Shown: positions 14,299 through 16,830 of the stretch, one piece after another
Numbering within the stretch: position 1 is the first letter of the stretch
Layout: each line of letters opens with the position of its first letter
Assembly (NCBI GenBank): GCA_024641665.1
Contig: JAHECP010000003.1
Location: 14,767 to 31,596, forward strand
Length of the DNA stretch: 16,830 nucleotides
Reading direction: 5' to 3'
Origin: Acidobacteriota bacterium
GTDB lineage: Bacteria > Acidobacteriota > Vicinamibacteria > Vicinamibacterales > JAHECP01
Position numbers and translations under genes: made by a program
The notes under the pieces: model-generated
The model's input: the letters and a program-made list of their open reading frames with translations, nothing else
Databases searched by the model: none
Told to the model about the DNA's origin: nothing

Positions 14299-16071
14299 TC
14301 AGCGCATCGGCAGCACGATGCGCACCACCGTGCCGCCGCCCGCAGGGCTGTCGAGGGCCAGCGTGCCGCCGTGGCGCTCGACGATGCGCCGGGACGTCGG
14401 GAGGCCCAGGCCCGTGCCGCGGTGCTTGGTGGTGAAGAACGGCTCGAAGATGCGCTCGCGCACCTCGGCCGGAATGCCGGGCCCGGAGTCACCGAGCGAG
14501 ATGCGGCAGGCGCCGTCGGCCGCGTCGACGGTGATCTCGATGCGGCCGGCGCCCTGCATCGCCTGCCCCGCGTTGATCAGCAGGTTGAGCAGCGCGCGCT
14601 GCAGCTGACCCGCGTCGGCCTGGACGACCGGGTTGTCGCCGCGCACGGCCACCTCGACCCCGAACATGCCCGGATCGCGCTTGAGCTGGTGCACGGTGTC
14701 CTCGATGAGCCGGATCACGGCCACGGGCGCGGTCTTGGGCTCCTTCGGGCGCGCGAAGAGCAGCAGGTCCTGCAGGAGGTCGTTCAGCACGTCCAGCCGT
14801 TCCTGCACGTCGGACACGATCGCGCGGTCGCGGCTGTCGGCCGGCATGCGCGCGCCGATCACCTGCAGTACGCCGCGAATGCCGGCGAGCGGGTTCTTCA
14901 CCTCGTGGGCCACGACGGCCGCCATCTCCCCGAGCCGCGCGAGCGTCGTCTGCTCGCGCAGGAGCGCCTCGGCGCGCTTGCGCTCGGTGATGTCGTTGCG
15001 GATGGCCATGTACTGGTACGGCTTGCCGCGCTCGTCGAGGAAGGGGACGATCGTCGTGTCGACCCAATAGATCGCGCCGTCCTTCGCGCGGTTGCGGATC
15101 TCGCCGCGCCAGATGCCGCCGTTGGCGATGGTCTGCCACAGGCCCCGGAAGAACTCCTTCGGGTGGTACCCCGAGTTGACGATGCGGTGGTCCTGCCCCA
15201 GCAGCTCGCTCCGGGAGTACTTGGAGATCTCGCAGAACTTGTCGTTGACGTACTTGATGGCGCCGCGCACGTCGGTGATCGCGACGATCGCCGACTGGTC
15301 GAGCGCGTACTTCAGGTCCTCGAGGTCCTTGGTGGACATGCGCAGGCGGCGCGTCGCCTCGCGCTCCTCGGTGACGTCGGTGCCCGAGCTGAGCGTGCCG
15401 AGCGTCTGGCCGTCCTCGTCCTGCAGCAGCGTGTTGTGCCAGGCGATGAGCCGCTCGGTGCCGTCGGCGCGCAGCACGGGGTTCTCGAAGTACTCGACGC
15501 CGCCCCCGGTGCGCGTGATGTCGGCGTGGAGCTGGCGCAGCATGTCGCGCTGGCGCTCGGGCACGAAGTGGTCGAACCAGTTGAGCCCGACGATCGTGTC
15601 CTCGTGACGGCTGAGCACCGTCGCGCCCTGCCGGTTGATCATCTGCACGGTGCCGGCGCGATCGAGCGCGAGCAGGATGACGCCGGCCACGTCGAGGTAG
15701 CGCTGCGTCCGATCGACCTGCGCGGACGCGGCGTGCTGCGCGCGCTTGTACTGCCGCACCAGCCCGGCCGTGATCCAGACCACCACGATCGACAGCGCGC
15801 GGTTCACGAGGCCCGCGGTCCGGTGCGCCTCGACCGGCGCCAGGAACGCGGAGACGACCATCAGCGTCGTTACCACCCCCGCCGCGACCAGGGAGAACCG
15901 GTCGCTCGCCGCCCGCAGGCCGAGCAGGACCACGATCAGATAGAGGGAGCCGACGGCGATCTCGAGGGGCACGCGGAGGCTGACCGCGAAGATGACGACG
16001 GTCAGCGCCATGGCCAGCAGGAGCAGGCCGCGATCGGGGGCGAGGGGGGTGCCGGAAGGGCCTCGGGTCAT
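14299..16071 (-). CDS. Membrane-bound sensor histidine kinase with two PAS domains
   Basis: The N-terminal 110 aa or so are hydrophobic, with about 4 TM segments. Two PAS-like blocks are present: VILLALDRAGTVQMINRQGATVL...LSSGTDVTE, and AIVAITDVRGAIKYVNDKFCEISKYSRSELLGQDHRI...YMAIRNDITERK. The H-box is VAHEVKNPLAGI, the N-box LLNLLINAGQA, and the G-boxes DSGPGI and GTGLGL. Confidence 0.9.
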   Translation of the reverse strand: MTRGPSGTPLAPDRGLLLLAMALTVVIFAVSLRVPLEIAVGSLYLIVVLLGLRAASDRFSLVAAGVVTTLMVVSAFLAPVEAHRTAGLVNRALSIVVVWITAGLVRQYKRAQHAASAQVDRTQRYLDVAGVILLALDRAGTVQMINRQGATVLSRHEDTIVGLNWFDHFVPERQRDMLRQLHADITRTGGGVEYFENPVLRADGTERLIAWHNTLLQDEDGQTLGTLSSGTDVTEEREATRRLRMSTKDLEDLKYALDQSAIVAITDVRGAIKYVNDKFCEISKYSRSELLGQDHRIVNSGYHPKEFFRGLWQTIANGGIWRGEIRNRAKDGAIYWVDTTIVPFLDERGKPYQYMAIRNDITERKRAEALLREQTTLARLGEMAAVVAHEVKNPLAGIRGVLQVIGARMPADSRDRAIVSDVQERLDVLNDLLQDLLLFARPKEPKTAPVAVIRLIEDTVHQLKRDPGMFGVEVAVRGDNPVVQADAGQLQRALLNLLINAGQAMQGAGRIEITVDAADGACRISLGDSGPGIPAEVRERIFEPFFTTKHRGTGLGLPTSRRIVERHGGTLALDSPAGGGTVVRIVLPMR

Positions 16072-16197
16072 GTGGCGCGAGATTTGAAGGATACCCGGCC
16101 GGGAGTTCGACCAATGGCCTCGGCGGCCCAGCTCAGCGCACGGTCCAACCCGGAAAACGGGCCAAAATCAGACGAAAAGGCCTGGGAAATATTCTCC

Positions 16198-16593
16198 ATG
16201 CAGCCGGGAAAATCCCCTCGCCAGAACGTGCTCGTGGTCGATGACGAGTCGCTCATCCGGTGGTCCCTGGCTGAGACGCTGACCAACGCAGGGTACCACG
16301 TTCTCGAGGCCCCGGACCGCCAGAGTGCCCTCCGGTTCTTCGAGAAGATGCCCGACGGGGTCTGCGTCGTCCTGCTGGACCTGCGGCTGCCGGATTCCCA
16401 CGACCTCTCCCTGCTGCGCCGGATCCGGGAGGTCGCGCCGCACTGCCGGATCATCATGATGACGGCCCACGGCACACCGGAGCTGGTCGAGGAGGCCCTC
16501 GAGTCCGGCGCCTTCCAGGTGGTCGACAAGCCCTTCGATCTCGACCTGATGGTCGGCCTCGTCCGCCAGGCGCTGGCGAGCGGCCCGCACTAA
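16198..16593 (+). CDS. Single-domain response regulator (CheY-like receiver only)
   Basis: VLVVDDE..., VVLLDLRLPD (phospho-acceptor Asp context), IIMMTAHG and VVDKPF are present. No output domain precedes the stop at 16591-16593. In-frame ATG 16114, with GGGAG 8 nt upstream, is an alternative start. The rest of the 793-aa track ORF is antisense to the kinase. Confidence 0.85.
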   Translation: MQPGKSPRQNVLVVDDESLIRWSLAETLTNAGYHVLEAPDRQSALRFFEKMPDGVCVVLLDLRLPDSHDLSLLRRIREVAPHCRIIMMTAHGTPELVEEALESGAFQVVDKPFDLDLMVGLVRQALASGPH

Positions 16594-16599
16594 CCTTAC

Positions 16600-16616
16600 G
16601 TGGGGCTCCGCCCCAC
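16600..16616 (+). terminator. GC hairpin 6 nt after the response-regulator stop (possible terminator; part of repeat module A)
   Basis: gtggggc (16600-16606), loop tcc, gccccac (16610-16616), giving a 7-bp stem. There is no U-tract. Confidence 0.35.
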
Positions 16617-16830
16617 ACCCCGGCTCGGTCGCTCGCGGGGACCCCATCGCCCCGCGCCGCTCCCTCGCGGGCCGCGCCGTGCGCGGCCCTCCCGTGGGGC
16701 TCCGCCCCACACCCCGGCTCGGTCGCTCGCGCTCTCCGGCTTCGCTCAGAGCGCCCTGAGCATGTCGAAGGGCGGGGACCCCATCGCCCCGCGCCGCTCC
16801 CTCGCGGGCCGCGCCGTGCGCGGCCCTCCC
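16600..16830. repeat. Mosaic of GC-rich hairpin-forming repeat modules in the order A-B-A-(41-nt insert)-B, running to the window edge
   Basis: Module A (38 nt) at 16600-16637 is repeated exactly at 16694-16731. Module B (58 nt) at 16636-16693 is repeated exactly at 16773-16830. B contains the hairpin gggccgcg-ccgtg-cgcggccc (16669-16689). The insert at 16732-16772 contains gctcag-agcgcc-ctgagc (16744-16761). Confidence 0.85.

Noticed and set aside
14212-16197. Upstream 660 aa of the 793-aa plus-strand ORF ending at 16593
   Set aside because: This part is antisense to the well-supported histidine kinase and has no motifs. Only the last 130 aa or so form a receiver domain.
16600-16830. CRISPR array
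   Set aside because: There are only two copies of each unit. The would-be spacers are themselves exact repeats of each other, the unit lengths are irregular (38 and 58 nt with a 41-nt insert), and there are no cas genes in the window.
1-16830. Search for transposases, integrases, phage genes, toxin-antitoxin pairs, restriction or other defence modules, tRNA/rRNA
   Set aside because: None of the supported ORFs carries such motifs and no cloverleaf-like or rRNA-like sequence was noticed. Apart from the repeats noted above, the window looks like ordinary chromosomal stress, redox, lipid and signalling genes rather than an accessory island.

Overview
High-GC bacterial chromosomal segment, about 70% G+C by eye, so most long ORFs in the track are Arg/Pro/Ala-rich shadow frames. 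The source is possibly a soil Acidobacteriota-like organism, but taxonomy cannot be established from this window alone. I support 15 protein-coding genes. In order they are: a secreted peroxiredoxin interrupted by an in-frame TGA, an XRE-cupin regulator, a secreted fasciclin protein, an SDR-DUF2867 fusion, a Cache-type sensor protein with no output domain, an AIR-synthase-related protein, a small unknown ORF, a CBS-pair protein, a minus-strand run of Zn-alcohol dehydrogenase / CFA-synthase-family methyltransferase / geranylgeranyl-reductase-like flavoprotein, a GNAT plus ADP-forming acyl-CoA-synthetase (Pat-like) fusion, a universal stress protein, a double-PAS histidine kinase, and a stand-alone receiver protein. 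I see no rRNA, tRNA, transposase, integrase, CRISPR array or recognisable defence or toxin genes, so I cannot point to a clear new multi-gene system. Five things deserve a second look. (1) The TGA at the peroxidatic-Cys codon of the peroxiredoxin has a SECIS-like hairpin downstream, suggesting a selenoprotein that ORF callers split in two. (2) The methyltransferase and flavin reductase genes overlap by 14 nt, which could be a methylenation/reduction lipid-branching module. (3) Short heptamer tandem repeats sit exactly at convergent gene junctions. (4) A mosaic of hairpin-forming GC-rich repeat modules lies at the right edge. (5) The Cache sensor has no transmitter domain. All product calls rest on motif recognition by eye. 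No database search was run.
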